64,000 bases of DNA from Candidatus Omnitrophota bacterium (GTDB taxonomy: Bacteria; Omnitrophota; Gorgyraeia; Zapsychrales; JBDRMG01), in contig JBDRMG010000008.1 in assembly GCA_043812495.1 (NCBI GenBank), positions 1,516-65,515 of the forward strand. Direction: 5' to 3'. The notes under the pieces are model-generated. The model was not told the origin of the DNA, did not search any database, and was given only the letters and a program-made list of their open reading frames with translations. Every line of letters begins with the position of its first letter. The stretch's first letter is position 1. Positions 54,678-64,000 of this stretch are shown here, piece after piece. The position numbers and the translations under genes are program-made.

Positions 54678-56810
54678 ATGGCCAAGAAAGCTGAAAAAGA
54701 ACAAACCTTTGAAAAGATCAATCCGCATCATCAAGTCAGCATCGAGAATGTCAGTCCACAAGTCGATCATGGCAGGTTTCCGGCGAAACGCGTTGTGGGT
54801 GAAAAAGTCACGGTTCAGGCCGATATTTTTGTAGGCGGTCATGATGAGGTTAGCGCGCGATTGCTGTATCGCAAGGCAGATGAAAAAGACTGGCATATTG
54901 TGCCTATGACGTTTCTTTCAAATGATATATGGCAGGGAGAATTTACTATCGAAGAGCAACTTTCCTATTGTTTTACCGTGCAAGGATGGGTGGATCATTT
55001 TCAGACGTGGCAAAAGGATTTGCGCAAAAGGTTTGAAGCCCATCAAGATCTCAAGGTCGAGCTTCTGATCGGCATAAAAATATTGGAAGAACTGATCCGG
55101 GATCATAAGGGAGACGGTCCGGGAAAGATCAGGAAATTTGTTAAAGCTATCCAGGATGCTAAGGATATATCCAAGGCCGCATCTTTAGCTCTTGAGAGGG
55201 AACTGCTTGATTTTGCTAGAAGCATTCCGGATGAAAAAAGCCTTGTGACTTATGGAAAAACACTCGAAATCATTGTTGACCGACCCAAAGCCCTCTTTAG
55301 CACGTGGTATGAGTTTTTTCCTCGCTCCTTCGGGACGGACGGACGGCATGGAACATTTAAAGATACTGAAAAAATTTTGCCCGAAATTGCCCGCATGGGT
55401 TTTGACGTTGTCTATTTGCCCCCGATCCATCCGATCGGAAAAACGCATCGAAAAGGCAAGAATAACTCACCCTCTTGCTTGCCTCAAGATCCGGGAAGCC
55501 CCTGGGCGATTGGCTCAAAAGAAGGCGGCCATAAAGCCATTCATTCTCAATTAGGGACTATGAAGGATTTTCTGCATTTTGTTGACCGCGCGAAAAGTTT
55601 TAATCTTGAAGTGGCTATGGACCTGGCCTTTCAATGTTCTGCGGACCATCCGTATGTAAAAGAACATCCCGAATGGTTTAAGAGGCGGCCGGACGGAACT
55701 ATTCAATTTGCCGAGAATCCGCCCAAAAAATACGAAGATATTTATCCTTTGAATTTTGATACGCAAGATTGGGAATCGCTTTGGCAAGAGCTCAAGAGTA
55801 TTGTGGTGTTCTGGCTTGAGAAAGGCGTGCGTATTTTTCGCGTTGATAATCCGCACACCAAACCCTTTGCCTTTTGGTCATGGTTGATCAAGGAAATAAC
55901 GAAAGACTATCCTGACGTGATTTTTCTCTCCGAGGCCTTTACGCGGCCCAAGGTCATGCAGCAGCTGGCCAAGCTGGGTTTTCATCAATCGTATACTTAT
56001 TTTACTTGGCGTACGTCTAAATGGGATTTCACCCAGTACATGAACGAATTGACAAAAACAGAAATAGCCGATTATTTCCGACCCAATTTCTGGACCAACA
56101 CACCCGATATCTTGGCCTATCATTTTCAGTATGCGGGCAGGCCTATGTTTGTCGTTCGCTTTCTTCTCGCCGCGACTTTGTCATCCAACTATGGTCTCTA
56201 TGGACCGGCCTTTGAGCTCTGCGTGAACGAGCCCGTCGGAGGCAAAGAAGAATACCTTTATTCAGAGAAATACGAGCTTAAGAAATGGAATTGGGATCAA
56301 GAGGGAAATCTAAAAGATCTTATCGCGCACATTAATCAAATCCGAAAAGAGAATCCGGCCTTACAGCAGACGTGCAATATTCAATTTTGTGAGATTCCTA
56401 ACGGTGCCCTTTTGTGTTATCTCAAGAGCGATGATAAAAAAGAGAATCTTCTTCTGATCGCCATCAATTTGGATTGTTATTGCACGCAATCGGGTTGGGT
56501 GCGAATTCCTCTGAGTGAATACGGATTAGATGCGTCCAAGTCCTATAAAGTCGTAGATCTCATCACAAAAGATAAATACATCTGGCACGGAGAATGGAAT
56601 TATATTCAGCTCAATCCCTTTATCATGCCGGCCCATATTTTTCGTATAGGAAGAATACAGAAGAATAATAGAAGGACATTAACGTGCCTTATCGAGATTC
56701 AAAACTCAGCGATGATCCCCAATGGTATAAAGATGCCGTTATTTACCAGACGCATGTCAAATGCTTTTATGACAGCAACGGGGACGGTATCGGAGACTTC
56801 AAAGGTCTAA
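54678..56810 (+). CDS. glgE: Alpha-1,4-glucan:maltose-1-phosphate maltosyltransferase GlgE (GH13_3); 3' end uncertain
   Basis: N-terminal domain typical of GlgE (VSPQVDHGRFPAKRVVGEKV). GH13 catalytic regions (FRVDNPHTKP, EAFTRPK). The last 40 or so residues are non-conserved and overlap the treS start by 127 nt. Confidence 0.75.
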   Translation: MAKKAEKEQTFEKINPHHQVSIENVSPQVDHGRFPAKRVVGEKVTVQADIFVGGHDEVSARLLYRKADEKDWHIVPMTFLSNDIWQGEFTIEEQLSYCFTVQGWVDHFQTWQKDLRKRFEAHQDLKVELLIGIKILEELIRDHKGDGPGKIRKFVKAIQDAKDISKAASLALERELLDFARSIPDEKSLVTYGKTLEIIVDRPKALFSTWYEFFPRSFGTDGRHGTFKDTEKILPEIARMGFDVVYLPPIHPIGKTHRKGKNNSPSCLPQDPGSPWAIGSKEGGHKAIHSQLGTMKDFLHFVDRAKSFNLEVAMDLAFQCSADHPYVKEHPEWFKRRPDGTIQFAENPPKKYEDIYPLNFDTQDWESLWQELKSIVVFWLEKGVRIFRVDNPHTKPFAFWSWLIKEITKDYPDVIFLSEAFTRPKVMQQLAKLGFHQSYTYFTWRTSKWDFTQYMNELTKTEIADYFRPNFWTNTPDILAYHFQYAGRPMFVVRFLLAATLSSNYGLYGPAFELCVNEPVGGKEEYLYSEKYELKKWNWDQEGNLKDLIAHINQIRKENPALQQTCNIQFCEIPNGALLCYLKSDDKKENLLLIAINLDCYCTQSGWVRIPLSEYGLDASKSYKVVDLITKDKYIWHGEWNYIQLNPFIMPAHIFRIGRIQKNNRRTLTCLIEIQNSAMIPNGIKMPLFTRRMSNAFMTATGTVSETSKV

Positions 56811-59800
56811 CCGAGAAACTCGATTACTTAGAGAGCCTCGGCATCAATGCCCTTTGGCTTCTTCCTTTTTATCCGTCGCCGCTGAAAGATGATGGCTATG
56901 ATATCGCGGATTACTTCAATGTTCATCCGCAGTATGGAACACTGCGCGATTTTAAGGAATTCCTCAGAGCGGCCCATAAACGCGGGATTCGCGTCATCAC
57001 CGAACTCGTCATCAATCATACGTCTGACCAGCATGCGTGGTTTGCGCGCGCCCGGACCTCAAAACCCAATTCCTCTTTCCGCAATTACTATGTCTGGAGC
57101 AACACGCCGACCAAATTCAAGGATGCGCGGATTATTTTTAAAGATTTCGAGAAGTCCAATTGGACATGGGATCCCGTGGCCAAGGCCTATTTCTGGCACC
57201 GGTTTTATTCTCACCAGCCCGATCTAAACTTTGATAATCCTCAAGTGCAAAAAGAAATTTGTCGCATGGCCGATTTCTGGCTGGGGATGGGTGTCGATGG
57301 GCTGCGCTTAGACGCGGTGCCTTATCTTTTTGAACGCGAAGGAACGAATTGCGAGAATCTTCCCGAGACGTATGAGTTCTTAAGAAAGCTTCGTGCGCAC
57401 ATCGATCGGAAATTCAAAAACAAAATGCTCTTGGCTGAGGCCAATCAATGGCCGGAAGACGCGAGCGCCTACTTTGGAGCTGGCGATATCTGCCACATGG
57501 CCTTTCATTTTCCTTTGATGCCCCGCATGTTTATGAGCATGCAGATGGAAGACCGTTTTCCGATCGTTGATATTTTGGAGCAGACCCCGCAAATATCCCC
57601 CACAAACCAATGGGCGATTTTCTTAAGAAATCACGATGAGCTGACGCTCGAGATGGTCACCGACGAAGAAAGAGACTACATGTACCGTGTCTACGCCAAG
57701 GACCCTTTGACCAAAATTAATTTAGGTATTCGCCGGCGCCTGGTTCCCCTTTTGGGGAATAACCGCAAGAAAGTAGAGCTGATGAATATCCTTTTATTTT
57801 CTCTTGTGGGCAGCCCTATTATTTATTACGGCGATGAAATCGGTATGGGAGATAATTATTATTTGGGTGACCGCAACGGTGTGCGCACACCCATGCAGTG
57901 GAGCCCGGATAAAAATGCGGGTTTCTCCAAGGTCAATCCGCAGAGTCTCTATTTGCCCGTCGTGATCGATCCCGAGTATCGCCATGAGGCCGTCAACGTT
58001 GAGACGCAAGAAAGCAATTTGTCGTCTTTGTTATGGTGGATGCGCCGCGTGATTGGTATCCGTAAAAAATTCAAGGCGTTTAGCCGGGGAAGCTTGGAGT
58101 TTCTTTTTCCGGATAATCCCAAGATTTTAGCCTTTATCCGCAAGCACGAGGAAGAGACAATTCTTGTTGTCATCAATCTATCGCGCTTTTCGCAGGTGGC
58201 TGAGTTTGATCTTTCGTCCTACGCCGGTTTTGTGCCCCAAGAAATCGTCAGCAATAATAAATTTCCAGTGATCCGCAAAACGCCTTATGTGCTCACCTTT
58301 GGTCCGTATGATCATTTTTGGCTGACCCTCAAGAAAGAAAAGCGCGTGGCCTCCAATCATAAGAAGGCCGACATTCCGACATTGAAAGTGAAAGGCGAAT
58401 GGAAGAATCTTTTTAAAGATCCTCTCATCAATAAGCTGACCGACGATGTCCTGCCGCAATACCTTAAAAAATGCCGATGGTTCAGCCGAAAGGCCAGCAC
58501 CATCCGCAGCATTCGCATTGTGGAGAAGATTCCCTTAAGCGGACTCGACAGCTTTTTGCTGTTGCTTCGCGTCAGTTTTAATGAAGGCCTTCAGGACCAA
58601 TACTTTCTGCCGATTTCTTTTCTGCCGAAAGAAAAATTTACTTCGATGATGCATGAAGCGCCCCAAAGCGTTATCGTTCAGTTGCAGGCAGATACGCAAG
58701 AGGGAATTTTATGTGATGCGATTTATCATGAAGAATTCCGCAAGAGACTTTTAACATTGATCTTGCAGAAAAGAAAAGTCAGAACAGATTTCGGTGAACT
58801 CATTTTTTATCCGGGAAAGAAAACAGCCGGCCTTTCGCCGGAGCAAATCCTTCAGGAACCCTCTCAATTGGTCAAGGCCGAACAAAGCAATACGTCCGTT
58901 ATTTATGGCACGTCATTGATTCTCAAGCTTTATCGGCGTATCGAAGAAGGTGTTAATCCCGATTTAGAAATCACCCGTTATCTGACGGAAAAGACAAAAA
59001 TTTCTCATATTTCACCTTTTTTGGGAGCCATCGAGTACCGCACGAATAGTTCACAGCCTATGCTCATCGGGCTCTTAAGCGGATTTGTCGTAAATCATGG
59101 CGAAGGGTGGACCTATGCCCTGGATGAGTTGGGACGTTATTATGAACGTTTGTTGTCTTTGGGTGAGAAGATCAATGAATGTCCTGCGCTTCCCTTGTCT
59201 TTGCTGGATGGCGATTTGAGTCAGCTGTCGCAACTTTTTGCGCAATCTGTCGATGCTATGTATCTGGAGATGATCCGACTTCTGGGGCGTCGCACGAGAG
59301 AGCTCCATGATGCCTTAGGGGCTGAAACGTCAGATAGTTATTTCACGCCCGAAAATTTCTCGACATTATATCAGCGTTCGGTTTATCAATCGATGCGTTC
59401 TCAGGCGAGACGGGCCTTTCAGACATTATCCCAAAGTCTTAAGATGATCCCTAAAGATTTGCGCAAAGAAGCCAGCGACCTTCTCCCGTTAGAAAAAGAT
59501 GTCATGCGCTGTTTCCAGAGAATTCTTCAAAAGAAGATCGGCGTTCAGAAAATCCGTATTCATGGCGATTATCATCTGGGCCAGGTTCTGTTTACCGGAA
59601 AAGATTTTACCATTATCGATTTTGAGGGAGAGCCGATTCGCTCTCTGAGCGAGCGACGGCTCAAAAGAACGTGTTTTCGCGATATCGCGGGCATGATCCG
59701 CTCGTTTCATTATGCGGCCTATAGCGCCCTTTACCTTCGCTTTCATAACAGCCCCAAGGATATTGAACTTCTCAAGCCTTGGGCCGAAGTGTGGTATTTT

Positions 59801-60031
59801 TATGTGAGCGCCGTATTCTTACAAGCCTATCTGGAGAATGCCGAACAGACAAGCTTTTTGCCTAAAGACAAAAATGACACGGAAACATTATTATCGTTGT
59901 TTCTTTTGGATAAAGCTATTTATGAATTGAATTACGAGCTCAATAATCGTCCGGATTGGATCATGTTGCCGATTGAAGGAATCCGACGACTGGTTGGGAA
60001 CTTCCTTGCCAAGGAACAACTTACGAAATAA
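56684..60031 (+). CDS. treS: Trehalose synthase fused to maltokinase (TreS-Pep2/Mak)
   Basis: N-terminal GH13 TreS regions ([29 protein letters not shown]; [10 protein letters not shown]; EANQWPED). C-terminal kinase with [10 protein letters not shown] and [14 protein letters not shown] start with GAAGGA RBS. Confidence 0.8.
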   Translation: MPYRDSKLSDDPQWYKDAVIYQTHVKCFYDSNGDGIGDFKGLTEKLDYLESLGINALWLLPFYPSPLKDDGYDIADYFNVHPQYGTLRDFKEFLRAAHKRGIRVITELVINHTSDQHAWFARARTSKPNSSFRNYYVWSNTPTKFKDARIIFKDFEKSNWTWDPVAKAYFWHRFYSHQPDLNFDNPQVQKEICRMADFWLGMGVDGLRLDAVPYLFEREGTNCENLPETYEFLRKLRAHIDRKFKNKMLLAEANQWPEDASAYFGAGDICHMAFHFPLMPRMFMSMQMEDRFPIVDILEQTPQISPTNQWAIFLRNHDELTLEMVTDEERDYMYRVYAKDPLTKINLGIRRRLVPLLGNNRKKVELMNILLFSLVGSPIIYYGDEIGMGDNYYLGDRNGVRTPMQWSPDKNAGFSKVNPQSLYLPVVIDPEYRHEAVNVETQESNLSSLLWWMRRVIGIRKKFKAFSRGSLEFLFPDNPKILAFIRKHEEETILVVINLSRFSQVAEFDLSSYAGFVPQEIVSNNKFPVIRKTPYVLTFGPYDHFWLTLKKEKRVASNHKKADIPTLKVKGEWKNLFKDPLINKLTDDVLPQYLKKCRWFSRKASTIRSIRIVEKIPLSGLDSFLLLLRVSFNEGLQDQYFLPISFLPKEKFTSMMHEAPQSVIVQLQADTQEGILCDAIYHEEFRKRLLTLILQKRKVRTDFGELIFYPGKKTAGLSPEQILQEPSQLVKAEQSNTSVIYGTSLILKLYRRIEEGVNPDLEITRYLTEKTKISHISPFLGAIEYRTNSSQPMLIGLLSGFVVNHGEGWTYALDELGRYYERLLSLGEKINECPALPLSLLDGDLSQLSQLFAQSVDAMYLEMIRLLGRRTRELHDALGAETSDSYFTPENFSTLYQRSVYQSMRSQARRAFQTLSQSLKMIPKDLRKEASDLLPLEKDVMRCFQRILQKKIGVQKIRIHGDYHLGQVLFTGKDFTIIDFEGEPIRSLSERRLKRTCFRDIAGMIRSFHYAAYSALYLRFHNSPKDIELLKPWAEVWYFYVSAVFLQAYLENAEQTSFLPKDKNDTETLLSLFLLDKAIYELNYELNNRPDWIMLPIEGIRRLVGNFLAKEQLTK

Positions 60032-60048
60032 ACGAAAGGAATCGCTTT

Positions 60049-62043
60049 ATGGCTAAGTCAGCAAAGAATAGAGAAAATCCGAAAGATCAGACCCAAATCC
60101 TTGATCCTGTCATTTACGGCAAAAGCCTTATTAATGAACATGATATTTATCTCTTCAAGGAGGGCAGTCACTTTGAGCTTTATAACCATTTGGGCGCTCA
60201 TGTGACATCGTTTGATGGGATCAAAGGAACCTATTTTGCTGTCTGGGCCCCCAATGCCGAAAGCGTTTCTGTCATTGGTGATTTCAACGGATGGAATCGG
60301 GATTCGCATAAACTAGGCGCGCGATGGGATTCCTCAGGTATTTGGGAAGGTTTTATTCCTACCATCGGCAAAGAACAGATTTATAAGTATTTTATCAAAT
60401 CCAACCATAACGGATTCCAGGTGGAAAAAAGAGACCCGTTTGCTTTTTACAGCGAAATTCCGCCGAAAACAGCTTCTGTAACCTGGGATTTGGAGTACTC
60501 TTGGGGCGACGAAGAATGGATGAAGAATCGCCATAAATACAATGCGCTCAATGCCCCTATTTCCGTCTATGAAGTTCATTTGGGTTCATGGCGACGCGTT
60601 ATCGAAGAAGGAAACCGCTCCTTAACGTACCGGGAGCTCGCCAAGCATCTTGTGGATTATGTCAAAAAAATGGGATTTACCCATGTGGAATTTTTACCCG
60701 TGATGGAACATCCGTTTTATGGATCATGGGGATATCAAAGCATCGGATATTTTTCTCCGACCTGCCGCTATGGCAATCCTCAGGATTTTATGTATCTGGT
60801 TGACCTTTTGCATCAAAACGGCATCGGTGTTTTCTTAGACTGGGTTCCGTCGCACTTTCCGTCAGATGAGCATGGCCTTGTGTATTTTGACGGCACGCAT
60901 CTCTTTGAGCACGCGGATCCCAAGCAAGGATTTCATCCTGATTGGAATAGCTATATCTTCAATCATGGGCGCAAGGAAGTGAGAGAGTTTCTCATTTCAA
61001 GCGCGTTTTTCTGGCTGGATAAATTCCATGCGGATGGATTAAGGGTCGATGCGGTCGCGTCCATGCTTTATTTGGATTATTCACGCAAAGAAGGGGAATG
61101 GATTCCCAATCAGTACGGAGGCCGAGAAAATCTGGAAGCGATGGAGTTCTTAAAAAGATTAAATACGTCTGTGTATGAGCGGTTTCCCGATGTCCTCATG
61201 ACGGCTGAGGAATCCACCGCTTGGATGGGAGTTTCGCGTCCGACCTATCTCGGTGGGCTTGGCTTTGGCATGAAATGGAATATGGGATGGATGCATGATA
61301 CCCTCAAATATTTTGGCGAAGACCCGGTTCATAGAAAATATCACCACAATGAATTGACGTTTAGCTTTATCTATATGTTTACGGAAAATTTCTTGATTTC
61401 CCTGTCTCATGATGAAGTGGTTCACGGAAAAGGCTCGCTCTATGGAAAAATGTCAGGAGACAGTTGGCAGAAATTTGCTAATTTGCGTCTTTTGATGGGC
61501 TATATGTACGGCCATCCTGGAAAGAAATTGTTGTTTATGGGCGGAGAAATCGCGCAATGGTCCGAATGGAACCATGAGGGGAGTCTCGATTGGCATGTCT
61601 TGGATTATTTATTTCATCGGGGGCATCAAAAATGGATGCAGGATCTGAACCATCTGCTGCGAAGTGAAAATGCTCTACACGAATATGATTTCTCATTCCA
61701 GGGATTCCATTGCGTCGATTCCAGTGACTGGGAACAGAGTGTCATCACGTTCTTGCGCAAAGGCAAAGATCCGGACGATCAAATATTGGTTGTTTGTAAT
61801 TTCACCCCTATGGTGCGCCATCGTTACCGCATCGGCGTTCCCCAGGCAGGCTACTGGAAAGAATTGCTCAATAGCGATGCGATCGAATACGGAGGAAGCG
61901 GAGTCGGCAATATGGGCGGCCAAGAGACCTTACCGGTGCCGTCACACGGATTTTATTATTCCGTTTCTTTGACATTGCCGCCCTTAGGCATTATTTTCTT
62001 AAAGCGGTCCAATCCTAAAAATAAGATGGAGATCATCGCGTGA
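60049..62043 (+). CDS. glgB: 1,4-alpha-glucan branching enzyme (GH13_9)
   Basis: CBM48 N-terminal region ([21 protein letters not shown]). GH13 regions ([12 protein letters not shown]; catalytic EESTAW). Confidence 0.85.
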   Translation: MAKSAKNRENPKDQTQILDPVIYGKSLINEHDIYLFKEGSHFELYNHLGAHVTSFDGIKGTYFAVWAPNAESVSVIGDFNGWNRDSHKLGARWDSSGIWEGFIPTIGKEQIYKYFIKSNHNGFQVEKRDPFAFYSEIPPKTASVTWDLEYSWGDEEWMKNRHKYNALNAPISVYEVHLGSWRRVIEEGNRSLTYRELAKHLVDYVKKMGFTHVEFLPVMEHPFYGSWGYQSIGYFSPTCRYGNPQDFMYLVDLLHQNGIGVFLDWVPSHFPSDEHGLVYFDGTHLFEHADPKQGFHPDWNSYIFNHGRKEVREFLISSAFFWLDKFHADGLRVDAVASMLYLDYSRKEGEWIPNQYGGRENLEAMEFLKRLNTSVYERFPDVLMTAEESTAWMGVSRPTYLGGLGFGMKWNMGWMHDTLKYFGEDPVHRKYHHNELTFSFIYMFTENFLISLSHDEVVHGKGSLYGKMSGDSWQKFANLRLLMGYMYGHPGKKLLFMGGEIAQWSEWNHEGSLDWHVLDYLFHRGHQKWMQDLNHLLRSENALHEYDFSFQGFHCVDSSDWEQSVITFLRKGKDPDDQILVVCNFTPMVRHRYRIGVPQAGYWKELLNSDAIEYGGSGVGNMGGQETLPVPSHGFYYSVSLTLPPLGIIFLKRSNPKNKMEIIA

Positions 62044-64000
62044 ACAAATACATCTGTATCCACGGCCATTTTTATCAGCCCCCTCGAGAAAATCCCTGGC
62101 TCAATGAAGTCGAGCCACAAATGTCGGCGTATCCTTATCATGATTGGAACGAGCGCATTTCGGCGGAATGTTATGCGCGCAATACCGCCTCCAGAATCCT
62201 GGATGCGGAGAATAAAATCGTTGATATTGTGATCAACTACTCCAAGATCAGTTTTAATTTTGGACCGTCGCTTCTCTCCTGGATGCAGCGTAAAGATCCG
62301 AAAATTTATGAAGCCATTTTAGATGCTGACCGCATTAGTCAAAAGAATTTCTCCGGACACGGATCGGCCCTCGCTCAGGTGTACAGTCATCTGATTATGC
62401 CTTTGGCCAGCAGCCGGGATAAGCGTACGCAAGTTTTGTGGGGCATCAAGGATTTTGAATACCGTTTCAAACGCTTCCCCGAGGGTATGTGGGCAGCTGA
62501 AACAGCCATAGACTTAGAAACCCTTGATCTGATGGCTGAGTACGGAATTAAGTTTACGATCCTTGCGCCTCATCAAGCCAAACGGTTTCGGATCATCAAT
62601 GATGCTAAATGGACAACTTGTGATGGCCATGCCATTGATACGCACCGGCCCTATTTGTGCCGGCTCCCTTCCGGCAAGACGATTTCGATTTTCTTTTATC
62701 ATGGTCCGATTTCTATCGCTGTTGCGTTTGAAGGACTCTTAAGAAACGGAGCGGATTTTGCCCATAGAATTATCGGAAGCCTGGACCACGAACCCAAAGA
62801 ACCGCAATTGGCGCACATTGCGACTGACGGCGAGTCTTACGGCCACCATCATAGATTCGGGGATATGGCCTTGGCCTACTGCCTTCATCATATTGAATCC
62901 AAGCATCTGGCCCGCGTCACTATTTATGGGGAATATCTGGAGAAATTTCCGCCGACCCATGAAGTGGAAATTTACGAAAATAGTTCATGGAGCTGTGCGC
63001 ATGGGGTGGAACGCTGGAGAAGTGATTGCGGGTGCAATGTGGGCTCCCATCCGCGATGGAATCAAAAATGGAGAGGGCCCCTGCGCGAAGCCTTGGATTA
63101 CCTGCGGGACCAGCTGATTACTCTTTTTGAAAAGGAAATAAGTTCCTACACAAAAGAGCCTTGGCATTTACGCGATAGTTATATCGATGTGGCCTTGGAT
63201 CGCAGCACGGAAAATGTCGAGCAGTTTCTGTTAAGAAGCACGCATCGGGGGATTTCTGAGGATGAAAAGATCAAGGTCTTAAAGCTTCTGGAAATGCAGT
63301 ACAACGCCATTTTAATGTATACGAGCTGCGGTTGGTTTTTTGATGATATTTCCGGTATTGAGTCTAAGCAAATCATTCTCTATGCCGCCCGCGCTCTTCA
63401 ACTGGCCAGGGAAATCACAGGCATCGATCTGGAACCGGATTTTCTAAAGATTCTGAAAAAAGCCCAAAGCAACGTTCCCGATTTAAAAAATGGGGCTTTG
63501 ATTTACGAAAATTATATTCGGCCCTCGCAGGTTGATCTTTTGCGTGTGGGCGCCCATTATGCGGTGACCGCTTTGTACGAGGAATATCCTGAAAACACCA
63601 AGATGTATTGCTATACGGCCAAAAGCGATCATTACGACCATCGGGAGGCGGGACGATTGGAAATGTCCCTTGGCCAGGCGATGATCAAATCCGATGTCAC
63701 CTGGGAGAAGCAGCATATTTATTTTGTAGCTCTGCATTTCGGGGATCATAATTTTATCTGCGGGGTCGAATATTTTAAATCCCAGGAAATCTTTACTGAT
63801 TTAAAAGAAAAGATTATGGCGACTTTTCTCGCAAGCAACGTGCCGGAGACGATCAATCTCATCAGCCAGCATTTCGGCCCGCATATTTATTCCCTGCGGC
63901 ATTTGTTTAAGGAAGAACAGCAAAAAGTACTCAATAAGGCTCTGGAATCAACGATGAGCGAGATTGAAGCGTCGTTTCGGCAGATTTACGAGCATCACTA
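62040..64000 (+). CDS. Glycoside hydrolase family 57 protein, 3'-truncated at the window edge
   Basis: Frame 3 is open from GTG 62040 to the window end and is not in the supplied ORF list. GH57 region I, HGHFYQP. Catalytic-nucleophile region [13 protein letters not shown]. Confidence 0.7.
   Translation, partial: MNKYICIHGHFYQPPRENPWLNEVEPQMSAYPYHDWNERISAECYARNTASRILDAENKIVDIVINYSKISFNFGPSLLSWMQRKDPKIYEAILDADRISQKNFSGHGSALAQVYSHLIMPLASSRDKRTQVLWGIKDFEYRFKRFPEGMWAAETAIDLETLDLMAEYGIKFTILAPHQAKRFRIINDAKWTTCDGHAIDTHRPYLCRLPSGKTISIFFYHGPISIAVAFEGLLRNGADFAHRIIGSLDHEPKEPQLAHIATDGESYGHHHRFGDMALAYCLHHIESKHLARVTIYGEYLEKFPPTHEVEIYENSSWSCAHGVERWRSDCGCNVGSHPRWNQKWRGPLREALDYLRDQLITLFEKEISSYTKEPWHLRDSYIDVALDRSTENVEQFLLRSTHRGISEDEKIKVLKLLEMQYNAILMYTSCGWFFDDISGIESKQIILYAARALQLAREITGIDLEPDFLKILKKAQSNVPDLKNGALIYENYIRPSQVDLLRVGAHYAVTALYEEYPENTKMYCYTAKSDHYDHREAGRLEMSLGQAMIKSDVTWEKQHIYFVALHFGDHNFICGVEYFKSQEIFTDLKEKIMATFLASNVPETINLISQHFGPHIYSLRHLFKEEQQKVLNKALESTMSEIEASFRQIYEHH

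Noticed and set aside
1-64000. CRISPR array, transposase or integrase genes
   Set aside because: No regularly spaced short direct repeats and no ORF with DDE, tyrosine or serine recombinase motifs in any frame. The repeat families found are dispersed, not arrayed.

Overview
This 64 kb window looks like a diderm (Gram-negative-type) bacterium, about 45% GC, with nearly all genes on the + strand. I cannot assign a lineage. Parts list, in order: a 5'-truncated M48 peptidase and a DUF192 gene; a 7TM histidine kinase with a receiver protein; lpdA on the minus strand; a frameshifted Dpm1-like GT2 followed by a PMT/TPR-like membrane glycosyltransferase; tRNA-Leu(CAG) on the minus strand; an AEC transporter; smpB followed by ssrA (tmRNA) and a small GIY-YIG nuclease; an RND pump and outer-membrane factor with no periplasmic adaptor; an NsrR-like Rrf2 regulator, a ferredoxin-domain protein, hcp and a Met-rich secreted protein; MarC and CorA; a large cluster of about 19 kb (21.8-40.7 kb) that looks like modified-sugar or glycan biosynthesis (polytopic membrane protein, epimerase, HldE with swapped domain order, GmhA, two radical SAM proteins with C-terminal auxiliary Cys clusters, three B12-binding radical SAM proteins, a cupin-TPP fusion, a UxaA-like dehydratase, a GT2, DJ-1/PfpI); yjbQ on the minus strand; an SGNH hydrolase; a csoR-cusC-cusB-cusA-like efflux operon; a Cys-rich micro-ORF with a COG0701 permease; a histidine kinase with four single-domain receiver proteins; and a glgE-treS/pep2-glgB-GH57 alpha-glucan operon. 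Hunt part: the candidate novel system is the radical SAM and B12-radical-SAM rich tailoring cluster. Several repeat families that I do not recognise also stand out. One is a modular palindromic element in five copies, sitting directly upstream of receiver genes and inside the cus operon. A second is a roughly 120 bp structured repeat in two copies. A third is a family of 'TTCTTCTTCGCTC' hairpin elements, each associated with a duplicated gene terminus (ssrA, yjbQ). There is also a long GU/AC-asymmetric palindrome. I found no CRISPR array, transposase or integrase. All calls rest on reading the sequence, on motifs, and on recalled knowledge of protein families. No database search was run.
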